From Candidatus Danuiimicrobium aquiferis (lineage in GTDB: Bacteria; Omnitrophota; Omnitrophia; Omnitrophales; Danuiimicrobiaceae), in the NCBI GenBank assembly GCA_001804285.1, contig MHFR01000043.1:22970-86969 (forward strand): 64,000 nucleotides of DNA. The letters are read 5' to 3'. The notes beneath the pieces were generated by a model. That model searched no databases and had not been told where the DNA came from. It saw only the letters and a list, made by a program, of their open reading frames with translations. The translations under genes were made by a program, and so were the position numbers. Shown piece after piece: positions 9,215 to 18,681 of the stretch (its first letter is position 1; each line of letters starts with the position of its first letter).

Positions 9215-11068
9215 TTACTTTTCGTTCTTCAGCTCCTTAATGAATTGAAGTGGATTTTCAATCTCATCAAACACCTGCTCTTTTTCATGCTGTGTTTTCG
9301 GCTCCTCTTTTTTCTCTCCGACTTCCCTCGCTTTCTGGGGCTTTTTTCCATTCTTCTTCGAGCTTCGGCCTTGGCCTTGTACAAAATCAGAGGGATAACT
9401 GGAATAACCGAAGAAATCGAGTTTTACATGCTCGGTTAAAAGCGATGGGTTTTTCCAAATCACCGCGGCCTCGCCAACTTTGAGTGCCCGAATGAGGTCC
9501 GGCTCAATCCGAAAGGTTTGACCTTCTCTTACGGATCCTGCTCCCGTAAGACCTTTCCCCAGTATTTCTTCACGAGTTTGATATGTTGAAATCATGGTCC
9601 GGCGCGTTCCCGCGATTCTCGTGAATTTTTCAACCGAATAAGGATCATCCTGCCTGAGAATGATTTTGATATTGGTGTTTTCGATGACTTGCTGGGCAAA
9701 GGTGGGAACTCCCCGATAAACCAAATCGCCCGGTGACTGATGAAGAATCGTGACGGCAAAACCGCTTGCACGGCACTTGTTCAAAAAATCGATGAAATTG
9801 AGTTCCAGAAAACTTGACGCATCATCGATATAAACCGGGAAAAAATGACGGTTAAAAGACGTGATATGACCTTGTATATGGCTTGAAACAGAACGAATAT
9901 CCTGAATGATCATCCGCCCCAAACGGCGCGAAGTATCGGCGTATTTCTGTAAATCGAGGGCAAAATAGCAGATCTGATTATTTTCATAGATCGACAAGAG
10001 ATCGATTTCAGGTTCGTCAGTATCGAGAAGATTTGAGAATTCGCTTCGCGATGAAAGAAAAAGATCGGACATTAAACCTGCCAGAAATTTATGATTGTCC
10101 TTGAAACCGCTCACCATCTTGCCGATGTCCTCTTTGAGGACCGGATCTTTGGTCTCAGTCGATAGTTGTTTGAGAGCGTTAATGTCAGTGAGATAACCAA
10201 GAAGCTCACGAAAACGGGTTGTCTTTCCGGTCGAAACGATCGCGTTTAAAAGCGTAAGCGCCGCCTGCTCTGCCATACGGCGATAGAACTCTTCACTCCA
10301 GGCCATGCTGTTGATAAGTTTATCTTTAAGTTCGGTCGCATTACCGCGATAGAGAGGATTATAGGTGTTGGATTTTTCCGGGTGGCTCAACGAGAAGAAG
10401 TAAAAATCATCTTCTCGTTCCTTTTTGTGGACGATGTATTGGATTTTGTTTCTGAGATCCAGGTCGCCCTTGCCGTCGATAATGATTGCACCCTTACCGT
10501 GTGCAAGGTCATGAGCGAGCATCGGCAGAAGAACGGATTCGGTCTTGCCGGTGCCCGTGCTCCCGACAACCTCGCAATGCATCTGGCGTTGATCATTGGT
10601 CAGATAAAGCGGCTTCCCTCTATTTAAACCGTAACCGAGATAAATCTTGTGATAATCGGATTTGAGCCTTTGTCTTCGCATGAGAGCGGGATCAGGTTCT
10701 GGTTTATCGCCTTCCGGCTTGAACAGTTTCGCTTCCTGATTCAGATGAGCAACGGCCAAAAAGACGGGTAACGCGATCACGATGTAGACAAGGAAAAAGA
10801 AGCTAAACTTAATGCTCGATTCCCAACCCGAATTGATCGCTTCACTTTCGAAAATCAAGTTAAGCAAATCAAAGAACGCGCCTATGCTAAATGCGCAAAC
10901 GATCGAAAGAACAGTCAAAATCCCGAGAATCAATCTTTCAAGCCATGGCCTTTTGATTTTCGGAATAAGAACCAGAATACCTTTCGCAATCGTAAGCGGA
11001 ATTCCAATAAAAATTCCTCCGACGACCTTGACGATGAGTGACTCTTGTTTTACCGGAGGCTTTTGCAT
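9215..11068 (-). CDS. Membrane-anchored P-loop NTPase, TraD/TraG/VirD4-like type IV coupling protein
   Basis: N-terminal TM helices, Walker A GSTGTGKT, IIIDGKGDL (DPKGD-like) motif, Walker B VYIDDASSF, and a lysine-rich C-terminal tail. Confidence 0.55.
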   Translation of the reverse strand: MQKPPVKQESLIVKVVGGIFIGIPLTIAKGILVLIPKIKRPWLERLILGILTVLSIVCAFSIGAFFDLLNLIFESEAINSGWESSIKFSFFFLVYIVIALPVFLAVAHLNQEAKLFKPEGDKPEPDPALMRRQRLKSDYHKIYLGYGLNRGKPLYLTNDQRQMHCEVVGSTGTGKTESVLLPMLAHDLAHGKGAIIIDGKGDLDLRNKIQYIVHKKEREDDFYFFSLSHPEKSNTYNPLYRGNATELKDKLINSMAWSEEFYRRMAEQAALTLLNAIVSTGKTTRFRELLGYLTDINALKQLSTETKDPVLKEDIGKMVSGFKDNHKFLAGLMSDLFLSSRSEFSNLLDTDEPEIDLLSIYENNQICYFALDLQKYADTSRRLGRMIIQDIRSVSSHIQGHITSFNRHFFPVYIDDASSFLELNFIDFLNKCRASGFAVTILHQSPGDLVYRGVPTFAQQVIENTNIKIILRQDDPYSVEKFTRIAGTRRTMISTYQTREEILGKGLTGAGSVREGQTFRIEPDLIRALKVGEAAVIWKNPSLLTEHVKLDFFGYSSYPSDFVQGQGRSSKKNGKKPQKAREVGEKKEEPKTQHEKEQVFDEIENPLQFIKELKNEK

Positions 11069-11074
11069 ATGGCC

Positions 11075-11854
11075 TCACAAGAGCCGGCTCAGTTTGAAAC
11101 TGGCCCGCTTATTTTCGAAAAGTGCTTCCTCCCTGTCATTAATGAGTTCATGATAAGTTGTCATCCATATTCGTTTGGCATTGTAATCAAGTGCCCTCAC
11201 AAGCCAATCCTTCGTATCTCCGTCAACGATCACCAGAAGCACAAGATAGTTTTCCTGCTCTCCATAGTGATGAAAAAGCTCCTGATAGCGCTCCATGCTT
11301 TTGGTCAGGTGATTCTCAAATTCAATCGCGATTCGCTTTCCGCGAATATTGAGAACGCCGTCCGGAATCGAGTGCAAATGGTCTCGCGCTCTTAAGAGCC
11401 GTTCACTCGTCCATGAGTCGAGACCAAGACCGCGAAAAAGAATGCGGACACTGATCACTTTCAAATCGTGGTCAATCGAGCGATCAAAGTCTTTCGTGGG
11501 TTCATAAAGCGAAATTCCAGAATCAAACCCACGTTCCCGAAGAATGACCAGAGCTTTCTCAGTGATAAAATAGATGTCTAAACTCTTTTTCTTGGAATAC
11601 CCTTTCCGCAAATAACCGGAATTAACGAGCCGTTCGATTCGCCGGTAACATGCCTTGGCCGGTTCGGATCGGCCCTTCCAAAATGCTTCCCGTATCTGGC
11701 CGTAAGCCAGATAACGGTGTTCGTGCGCAAGCTTAAAGATCGCTACATCCCGGTCGGTTATTTCAACTGCTTCAATAATCTTTGAGGCTGGCTCAAGGCC
11801 GTCTTCAATGTCACCACCAGCCTCAGACTTTTTATCTTCAGGCAATTCATCCAT
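11075..11854 (-). CDS. Replication-relaxation family-like protein (winged-helix N-terminus), putative mobilisation function
   Basis: Size of about 250 aa, an N-terminal DNA-binding-like region, and placement directly downstream of the coupling ATPase. The family assignment is from memory, not a search. Confidence 0.35.
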   Translation of the reverse strand: MDELPEDKKSEAGGDIEDGLEPASKIIEAVEITDRDVAIFKLAHEHRYLAYGQIREAFWKGRSEPAKACYRRIERLVNSGYLRKGYSKKKSLDIYFITEKALVILRERGFDSGISLYEPTKDFDRSIDHDLKVISVRILFRGLGLDSWTSERLLRARDHLHSIPDGVLNIRGKRIAIEFENHLTKSMERYQELFHHYGEQENYLVLLVIVDGDTKDWLVRALDYNAKRIWMTTYHELINDREEALFENKRASFKLSRLL

Positions 11855-11961
11855 TGAAATTCCTCCTTAATATTTGCCATACGGCCTTGCATCAGGAGGA
11901 ATGACCCAACCGCACAGGGGGAAGATTTGCTGTCTTCCCCCTAGAGCATCCTTTCGACGGA

Positions 11962-12357
11962 TTACCTTGCAAAACTTCTGGCCGTTGAAATCGTTTGATT
12001 GAACCGGCCCCAAAGGTCGTTCAAAAGCAAACGTCTTTCTCGGCTCGCTTGGTAATCCTCCGCTGGTTTTTGAAACGTAACCTGCGGACGAAATGGTTGA
12101 GCCTTGCGAGCGCTCGGCATCTGTGGAATTATCAGATTTTTCGGCGTCTCTTCTTCCCACAGTTTTTGCCAAGATGCCCAAGCAAGATTAGAACCCCGAT
12201 ACATCAAAGTTAGAGTGGTTAAGGCCACAAAAAGCACAAAACCAAGACTGACTCCCGTACCGAACAATGCTCTAAATCTTGTCCAAAAATTCCTGGAAAC
12301 GTTTATTACGTTCACAGAAATTCCACGTTCTCCTCTTATTTCTAGTTCCTGTTTCAT
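11962..12357 (-). CDS. Small membrane protein (131 aa), hypothetical
   Basis: One clear TM helix (GVSLGFVLFVALTTLTLM) and an AAAGGAA RBS; preferred over the overlapping plus-strand ORF. Confidence 0.3.
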   Translation of the reverse strand: MKQELEIRGERGISVNVINVSRNFWTRFRALFGTGVSLGFVLFVALTTLTLMYRGSNLAWASWQKLWEEETPKNLIIPQMPSARKAQPFRPQVTFQKPAEDYQASRERRLLLNDLWGRFNQTISTARSFAR

Positions 12358-12583
12358 CGTCTTGTTCCTTTCTCTGTCTGTTGGCTTTAAGGCCGTAATA
12401 GCACCAGGTTTAAGACTGGTCGTTGTAATGCATTTAAATAGTTGTCCTCATAGTATGGGTCAAAACAGGCATACCTTGGATCAAGGACACTGGCATTTTG
12501 AAAAAATATTTGAAAATAAATTGAAAAAAGTTATGAAAGGAGGGAGTTTTAAGGATAAAGACCCGCACCTGGACATGCCGAAC

Positions 12584-12645
12584 TGAACCATTCGACTACG
12601 GTCCCGAGAGTAAATATTATGTCGAGGGAGCGTAGTCGAATGGTT
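12584..12645. repeat. Perfect 16-bp inverted repeat (GAACCATTCGACTACG / CGTAGTCGAATGGTTC) with a 30-nt spacer
   Basis: Read directly at 12584-12599 and 12630-12645, inside a roughly 520 bp intergenic gap. Confidence 0.7.
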
Positions 12646-12876
12646 CGTACAGGTGAAAAATCGTGTAGAGCTTGATTAAATACGGCATGTCCGGGTGCGG
12701 GATGGAATCAATCTGTTAATGCTTTTCTTTGAGTATGTCGAACCGAATGTCACAATTTCTTTATTATGTGGAGCTCAACATGAAATGATCTATCAGCCAT
12801 CTCATTTGCTCCCCAAATTATTACTCGTCAAACCCCGACTGTCTCAAACTCAAGATTCCCAGTTCGCACCCAATGC

Positions 12877-13617
12877 TTATTTAAGACGAGCGGCCGTTGC
12901 CGCAATATGCCCAGCAAGTGATGTAATAAAGGTCTTCAAGCTAGTCATATCAGAAATCGTAGAAAATCTGCCATCATTCACAGCGTTCCTTGGCGTTGCA
13001 AGAACAGCTGCTGATGTATACAATTGCTCCTGCACTAATTTTTGGCACAACAAATCATATCTTTTCAAATACGACGCCCCATTGAACTCAGCGAAGATTG
13101 GAAAGTGCGGCGACTTGTCCCCCACTGGTGTATTTGAAGCTGACGCATCTTCAACGAGCATCAACCAACCGACAAAGGGTCGCGGCTGTTTTCCAAAAGC
13201 CCCCTCACGATAAGCAACGCACAAATCATGAGCTGTCCCTATAGCTTCTTCGGTTCTATTGTTAAAATTGTTGCCGAACGAAGGGCCAACTTGACTCTTG
13301 AACTCAACGGCGGCAACAAGTTCTTTCTTATGGATGACCAGAAGATCCCACAATTTTGTCGGGCGGAAATAACCCGGAAGAGTTAATAACGCGCGCTCAC
13401 GATAGACCTCCGCGACATTCAAGCCATTGGCACTAACGATATCCAGAACTAAATCCACAAATCCATTCATATTTTTACCAGCAGTCACACCGGCCCGCTC
13501 TCCCTGATCCGCCTTCCCAGATTCCATTTGCTTAGTTCGAGCCGCATCCCGACTCCCCCAAAAAGATTGTATAGCTTCACGAGCCTTGGATTCATAGCCT
13601 ACTAAATTGAGTGCCAT
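12877..13617 (-). CDS. Putative type II restriction endonuclease (XhoI/PaeR7I-like)
   Basis: 246 aa. Start is 1 nt after the stop of the N6-adenine methyltransferase gene, the same size and arrangement as the PaeR7I R gene. Family assignment is from memory. Confidence 0.45.
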   Translation of the reverse strand: MALNLVGYESKAREAIQSFWGSRDAARTKQMESGKADQGERAGVTAGKNMNGFVDLVLDIVSANGLNVAEVYRERALLTLPGYFRPTKLWDLLVIHKKELVAAVEFKSQVGPSFGNNFNNRTEEAIGTAHDLCVAYREGAFGKQPRPFVGWLMLVEDASASNTPVGDKSPHFPIFAEFNGASYLKRYDLLCQKLVQEQLYTSAAVLATPRNAVNDGRFSTISDMTSLKTFITSLAGHIAATAARLK

Positions 13618-13618
13618 T

Positions 13619-15340
13619 TTAATCTCCGATCCCCATTAGTATCGATTTTTCTTTTTCATTTAAATCATAAAGCTTAAAAACAGCTCGATCACAAGCTTCC
13701 AAATCTCTCTTTATACCCGCACTAATAAGCTCGTGACGCAAATGAGTCGAGATATCCTGCCAACTCGGAATTCTAATCCGCCTTAGATATTGAGCCTGAA
13801 ATCTCAAACACCCACCTCTCATTTTTATAGAATACGCCATTAAAAAAAGACGGGTAATTCGTGAAAGAAGCACGGCCTGTAATGCACGAAGCGACCACGA
13901 GCTTGACATTATATAATATAGATTATGGTGAGGATAGAACTCGCCTTTATCAAAAACAATATTTGCATCGCCCTTGATGTCTGGTATTAAAAGTTTAGGC
14001 TTTTTCAAAACCTCAGGGAAAATGCGATCAATAGTTCGATACCAGTGCTCTGGCATTTTCTGAGCACAATGTCGGTTCTTAATTAGTTGTTCCCGCTGTT
14101 CTAGATGATTTCGCAAACGCGGATACTTCTTTAAATCTACAAGTCGTCCCTCCAACCCAAAGGGATTAATAACGCCCAATCCTCGCCACTTTATTTCACC
14201 TGATACGATATCTTTCGTTGTAACCAACGGCAACTTACAATCTTCTTCAACATCAAGTTTCTCAAAAATATCTATAAAAGCATTATCGGCCCCGGTAGCG
14301 ACGCCAATGCCAACCTTGCATCCCATTTCCTCTAAGCACGGATACTGTTTTTCAATGCGTCGCAGAATTTCTACCTGGGCGGGACAATCAAACAACCACG
14401 GTTCAGACCCATGCACAACATGATTAAGCTCGCACACCGAACTTCCAGGTGCTAATTGATGTCGAAAATTTAATTCATTAGCTAATGCCCTCAACTTTTC
14501 TTGTTCGATTGATGGCCGATGAGCTATCCTTGTTGGCCCTGAGTTTTTCTTACCAATAATAGTAATTGCCGGATACGCTGTAACTTCCGAATAAAAAGCC
14601 AAGGTATTTACCATATCCACATAATTAATTAAGTGGAAATGATCCGCTACGAGCTTTCGTAAAGGAGCGCCATACTTATTCTTCATCCACCGATCAGAGC
14701 AAATAAACCCTAAAACCCCGCCATCTGATAAAGACTCAAGAGAATGCTCAATAAAAGGCACATACAAGTCAGCCCTATCATATAAGGTAGGATAACGCCC
14801 CCTATATTCCTGGAGTAACAGATGGGGAATCAACTCTTGCCGCACATATGGAGGGTTACCAACAATAAAGTCAAACTTATCTTTTAATGGCACAAGCAAA
14901 AAATCACCCTGAAACAACCAGCTATCCGCCAAAGCAACTGCTAAAGAAGATTTAATACCCTTCTGTTCCAAAAAACCAATCACTCTAAAACGAGTTTTAT
15001 TAAATGTTTTCTTATGAAGTTCTACTGCGCGAATGGCCCCAAATAAATTTTCGGCAGAGCCTTTCTCCCTTTTAGCTCTTCCCCGTGCAGCAAGCAACCG
15101 ATCAATTATTGGCAAGAGGAAATCTCCTTCACCAAAAGAAGGCTCCAAAATCTTCTTTTGGCACAAAAGATTGTCTTCCGTATAACCTACTAAGTTTAAG
15201 ATAAAATTAACGACTTCAGTCCGCGTAAATACCGCACCTCTTTCTTCGGCATCGCCCTGATTTGCCAAATCCTCAACAGCATCCAAGACAAGCGGTCCAC
15301 ATTGGTTATCGTGATTAAATAAAAGTGACGATCCCTTCAT
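13619..15340 (-). CDS. N6-adenine DNA methyltransferase, gamma class (Eco57I/PaeR7I-type, N6_Mtase)
   Basis: Motif [12 protein letters not shown] comes before motif [10 protein letters not shown]; 573 aa. Confidence 0.8.
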   Translation of the reverse strand: MKGSSLLFNHDNQCGPLVLDAVEDLANQGDAEERGAVFTRTEVVNFILNLVGYTEDNLLCQKKILEPSFGEGDFLLPIIDRLLAARGRAKREKGSAENLFGAIRAVELHKKTFNKTRFRVIGFLEQKGIKSSLAVALADSWLFQGDFLLVPLKDKFDFIVGNPPYVRQELIPHLLLQEYRGRYPTLYDRADLYVPFIEHSLESLSDGGVLGFICSDRWMKNKYGAPLRKLVADHFHLINYVDMVNTLAFYSEVTAYPAITIIGKKNSGPTRIAHRPSIEQEKLRALANELNFRHQLAPGSSVCELNHVVHGSEPWLFDCPAQVEILRRIEKQYPCLEEMGCKVGIGVATGADNAFIDIFEKLDVEEDCKLPLVTTKDIVSGEIKWRGLGVINPFGLEGRLVDLKKYPRLRNHLEQREQLIKNRHCAQKMPEHWYRTIDRIFPEVLKKPKLLIPDIKGDANIVFDKGEFYPHHNLYYIMSSSWSLRALQAVLLSRITRLFLMAYSIKMRGGCLRFQAQYLRRIRIPSWQDISTHLRHELISAGIKRDLEACDRAVFKLYDLNEKEKSILMGIGD

Positions 15341-15407
15341 AACGTATACCCCAGTTCAATTAACTTTTCGTACGACCTCAAACAGATCTTTTGCATAAAT
15401 TACAGAA

Positions 15408-16850
15408 TTAAGTAGTTTCTTTTAAGATAGCATCTTCTATGTTCGATTGGGTTCCGGCTTCTTTCAATATTCTTTTTCCTTCTACGACAAACTCATTCAA
15501 AGAAACATCAACCTCAGCAATCTCAATAAATTGCGTAATTTCGGAAATGCCAATTTCGCGGCAACCACGATAAAACTCAATCAAGCCAAATGCGAGTCTT
15601 AGTTGTTTTTTTTCAGGGTACCTCTCTATCGCCTGCCGAATAAAATAAGAACATTCTTTGACCAATCTTTCCTCGTATGAACTTTCTTTTGCCATGCCCA
15701 ATTTATATTCTTTCCTTGATTTTTTAAATTGGCCTGTATAATTATAAAGAAAGGCAAGGGAAAAATTAATTCCCGCCAGGGCACGTTGATCAAAAAGCTT
15801 TGCTCGTTTCGCGCACTGTATCGCCTTTTCTTCTTGCCCAAGAAGAAAATGGAACGTAGCTTTCAACATATAGCTTCCCGAATCTCTCGGATTTATCTGC
15901 AAACCTTTGTCAGCTCTCAAAAGCCATTGATGCAAATCAGAAAATGGAATTTTAAATAATTTTTCATTAAAAAGATACGGGCTATATAAAGAACAGATTT
16001 GTCCAGTAATAGCGAAGGTGTAATCACTTTTGATTTGTTCAAAGAACCTTTCAAGAATTGCCAGATTGCCCTTCCCTTTTGCAAGCAACGTTTTGACATC
16101 AATCCATAACCTGGAAAAAATCTTTTCAGCATCTGCATACAATCCCGCCACAAGTACCGCTAAACCCATCAAATTTCGAGCAATTAAATCTATGTTCTTA
16201 GCTAAAACTTCTCTCTCTACAGGAACGTCTTTGGATTCAAATCGATATCGACCACAAGCAATTGGGACGGCAATACGATCAAGCCACTCCTGGCTTGGAA
16301 TAATTGGCGAATGATGAAAAGTAAATCGGATTGGTGAAAAACCCACAGTCGTAGCGCCGTTATCAAATACACCCCACACCAGAACTGTTGCATTACATTT
16401 AGCTAAGACACTAACCGCTTCTTCATGACTATTGACCGGAATATTCGGAGGTAATTTCAGAACTGTAAATCGGTTAGCAAATTCATGGGATTTAAGTTCT
16501 TGTTTGATGAGAATAAATAATTTGTCTACTTCATCGGCTACTGCCTCAGAAAAATATGGTGCAAACAATACCCCCAATTCACCATGAGTAATTCGCGGGG
16601 TCCTCCTAAGGTTATACCAGAACGCAGAGATAGAAATTATAACAATTACAAAACCGAAAAGGAAAAGAACGCTAGCCAACTCCTTAGATAAAATATAACC
16701 GGACCAATTCATGGCACGCATTAAATGCGGCCCTATGCTAGCTGCAAGGGCGACATAAAGAGAAGCAGATAGTGTTAAGAGGACAAAGAAACCTTCAACA
16801 TAAAAAACTCTTCTTTTTAAATATCTTATTGCGTCTATTAGTGGAATCAT
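15408..16850 (-). CDS. Polytopic membrane protein (480 aa) with a TPR-like C-terminal region, hypothetical
   Basis: Several N-terminal TM helices and a long soluble C-terminal part; adjacent to the RM pair. Confidence 0.45.
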   Translation of the reverse strand: MIPLIDAIRYLKRRVFYVEGFFVLLTLSASLYVALAASIGPHLMRAMNWSGYILSKELASVLFLFGFVIVIISISAFWYNLRRTPRITHGELGVLFAPYFSEAVADEVDKLFILIKQELKSHEFANRFTVLKLPPNIPVNSHEEAVSVLAKCNATVLVWGVFDNGATTVGFSPIRFTFHHSPIIPSQEWLDRIAVPIACGRYRFESKDVPVEREVLAKNIDLIARNLMGLAVLVAGLYADAEKIFSRLWIDVKTLLAKGKGNLAILERFFEQIKSDYTFAITGQICSLYSPYLFNEKLFKIPFSDLHQWLLRADKGLQINPRDSGSYMLKATFHFLLGQEEKAIQCAKRAKLFDQRALAGINFSLAFLYNYTGQFKKSRKEYKLGMAKESSYEERLVKECSYFIRQAIERYPEKKQLRLAFGLIEFYRGCREIGISEITQFIEIAEVDVSLNEFVVEGKRILKEAGTQSNIEDAILKETT

Positions 16851-17092
16851 ATTGGTATATTTTCCAAATCGTTACTTAAATAAGCCATTTATTTCAGAGC
16901 CGCTAAATTATATCAAAACAGAGGTTAGATAGTGATGATATTTCAATAAAAAAACAATTTTCCGAAGCATATGGCATGTCGCAAAATATATGAATCACGC
17001 CTTCCGGAGTATCGCAAATATGTCACGATTTCAGCAAATGTCGTAAAAGGTGTGCATGGCGGCATAGTGAATCAATTCAATCTGCTTAAAGC

Positions 17093-17149
17093 AAAAAAAT
17101 ACCGTAGCCGAGCGGTTACCCACTCGAGCTACGGTAGCTGGATTTTCTT
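17093..17149. terminator. Bidirectional rho-independent terminator-like hairpin
   Basis: 7-bp stem ACCGTAG / CTACGGT (17101-17107 and 17129-17135) flanked by an A7 run upstream and ATTTTCTTT downstream, so it reads as hairpin plus T-tract on both strands. It lies about 150 nt past the stop of the minus-strand Zn-ribbon gene. Confidence 0.45.
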
Positions 17150-17289
17150 TGTGCCTTTCATGACTCTTTGAATGCCCTTTCATCGAGACATCCAAACAGA
17201 CGCACAAGTAACTTGGTTCCCGTCGCAGGTTTCTTTCATATTTAGAATACCACCGCCAAAAATGAATTGCAAACCGAAAATCTTGAGGT

Positions 17290-17697
17290 TTACGCAGCGC
17301 ATTTTTGAATAACTACGGGAATGCAGGAATTGGTGGGATCATGAAGCGGAAGCGGCGCACGCAAATGATAACTTCGGCTTCTGTAACGGTCGGTCTTGCA
17401 TACACTGCAATATTTCTTGTCCATTGGGATTCTCAGGAAATATTCCTCTTTACAGGAATTGCAGCTATAAATATAGGAAATCTCATGCATTGAATTGCCG
17501 GCGAAATCGGTCCCTTGAAATACGACCTCATTTTCGCATTTGCTGCAAATCAGTTTTCGCGGAGCATGGATCCAATACGCCTGCGATTTCTCATAAAGAA
17601 CCTGGGAACATTCCGGGCTTGAACAACGAACAAGTCCGAAACCTCCCTTTAAATCCTGTTTTCTGGTTGATGCGTTGCCCCTCTGTTCCCCCACCAT
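17290..17697 (-). CDS. Zn-ribbon protein (135 aa), hypothetical
   Basis: Two CxxC...CxxC pairs (CSKCE..CNSCK and CSVCK). Confidence 0.4.
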   Translation of the reverse strand: MVGEQRGNASTRKQDLKGGFGLVRCSSPECSQVLYEKSQAYWIHAPRKLICSKCENEVVFQGTDFAGNSMHEISYIYSCNSCKEEYFLRIPMDKKYCSVCKTDRYRSRSYHLRAPLPLHDPTNSCIPVVIQKCAA

Positions 17698-17817
17698 TCA
17701 CAGACACCTCAATTCCGCCGCTCAGTCTTTAACCTTCCAGCTGAATTTTGGACAAATCCTTATAATTCCGCTTTTGCCTCCTTAAAAACACCTTATTCCA
17801 CAATTTTTTCCGATAAG

Positions 17818-17845
17818 TTGAAATCCATGATTCCTGTGTTATACT
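17818..17845 (+). promoter_or_regulatory. Candidate sigma70-type promoter (TTGAAA, 16-nt spacer, TATACT) for the response-regulator gene
   Basis: Read directly, about 40 nt upstream of the ATG at 17883. Confidence 0.3.
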
Positions 17846-17882
17846 TTTTAAAAGGGTAAAGAAACTACAATTCTAAACCATT

Positions 17883-18488
17883 ATGACCGAGATCCTCGTT
17901 ATCGATGATGATACAAATGTTTTAGATGCCACAAAAGATGCTTTAAACGCTTTTGGCTACGAAGTTCATACGTCCACTTCGCCCGACGAAGCTTTTCAAT
18001 TGCTTCATCAAAATCCGAATCGCTTTGATCTGATTCTTCTCGACTGGCAATTTCCCTGCGCTGTTCACGGAGATATGTTCCTCAAATTAATCAATCACTG
18101 TATTCCTGACTTTAAAAAACCCATTATCTTTATTACAGGCCATACATCGTTTATTTCAAAACATGCGATCCGGCTTGGCGCTTATGACACCCTCGCAAAA
18201 CCAATTATTGCCGATGTGCTAATCGATGCCGTCGAACGTGCTCTTCAAAAAAGACCGCCGGAAAATCCACATCAAAAAGTTCCGGCTGACATGAGCTGGC
18301 AGAAGCAAAAGAAATTGGAGCTTGCAATGAGAATCACGGATGCGATCATTTCCACTAATTCATTGTCTGATGCGGCCCAAAAGCTTGAATGCTCACGCAT
18401 GACTCTTAACCGCTGGCTTCGATTCACAGGGCTTAACTCGTTTGTCATTATCAAAGAACATCAATCTAAAGGGAAGATTACCCAATGA
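17883..18488 (+). CDS. Response regulator: CheY-like receiver plus C-terminal Fis-type HTH
   Basis: ILVIDDD...LILLDWQFP receiver motifs; C-terminal LECSRMTLNRWL helix-turn-helix. Confidence 0.8.
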   Translation: MTEILVIDDDTNVLDATKDALNAFGYEVHTSTSPDEAFQLLHQNPNRFDLILLDWQFPCAVHGDMFLKLINHCIPDFKKPIIFITGHTSFISKHAIRLGAYDTLAKPIIADVLIDAVERALQKRPPENPHQKVPADMSWQKQKKLELAMRITDAIISTNSLSDAAQKLECSRMTLNRWLRFTGLNSFVIIKEHQSKGKITQ

Positions 18489-18531
18489 ATTTCGAAATGT
18501 CAAACGCAAGACATTGTGATACAAAGACTTA

Positions 18532-18642
18532 TGTAACACATAATGTTACAAAAAAGAGCACCCTTCACCTTATGGGGTGTAACATAAGATGTTACACTTT
18601 TTGGGCATTATAAGGAAAAGGCATGTAACATTTTATGTTACA
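18532..18642. promoter_or_regulatory. Array of three 19-bp palindromes TGTAACA-N5-TGTTACA with 46 bp centre-to-centre spacing (candidate operator sites)
   Basis: Copies at 18532-18550, 18578-18596 and 18624-18642, inside the 190 bp gap between the response-regulator gene and the histidine-kinase gene. Confidence 0.55.
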
Positions 18643-18681
18643 TAAATTTATTTTCAAAAATGCGAAAAAAAGGCGGAAATA

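Noticed and set aside
12104-12586. 160-aa plus-strand ORF in the gap upstream of the RM genes.
   Set aside because: It overlaps the better-supported minus-strand ORF 11962-12357 antisense, has no RBS, and its translation has low-complexity composition. It is most likely a chance ORF.
17101-17140. Possible tRNA or tRNA-like element (GCCGAGCGGTTA resembles a class II tRNA D-loop).
   Set aside because: It is only a 7-bp stem with a 21-nt loop, with no anticodon or T arms. Flanking A7 and T-rich tracts fit a bidirectional intrinsic terminator instead.
16971-17171. 66-aa plus-strand ORF in the intergenic region between the membrane-protein and Zn-ribbon genes.
   Set aside because: The terminator hairpin lies inside it and it has no RBS, so it is most likely non-coding.
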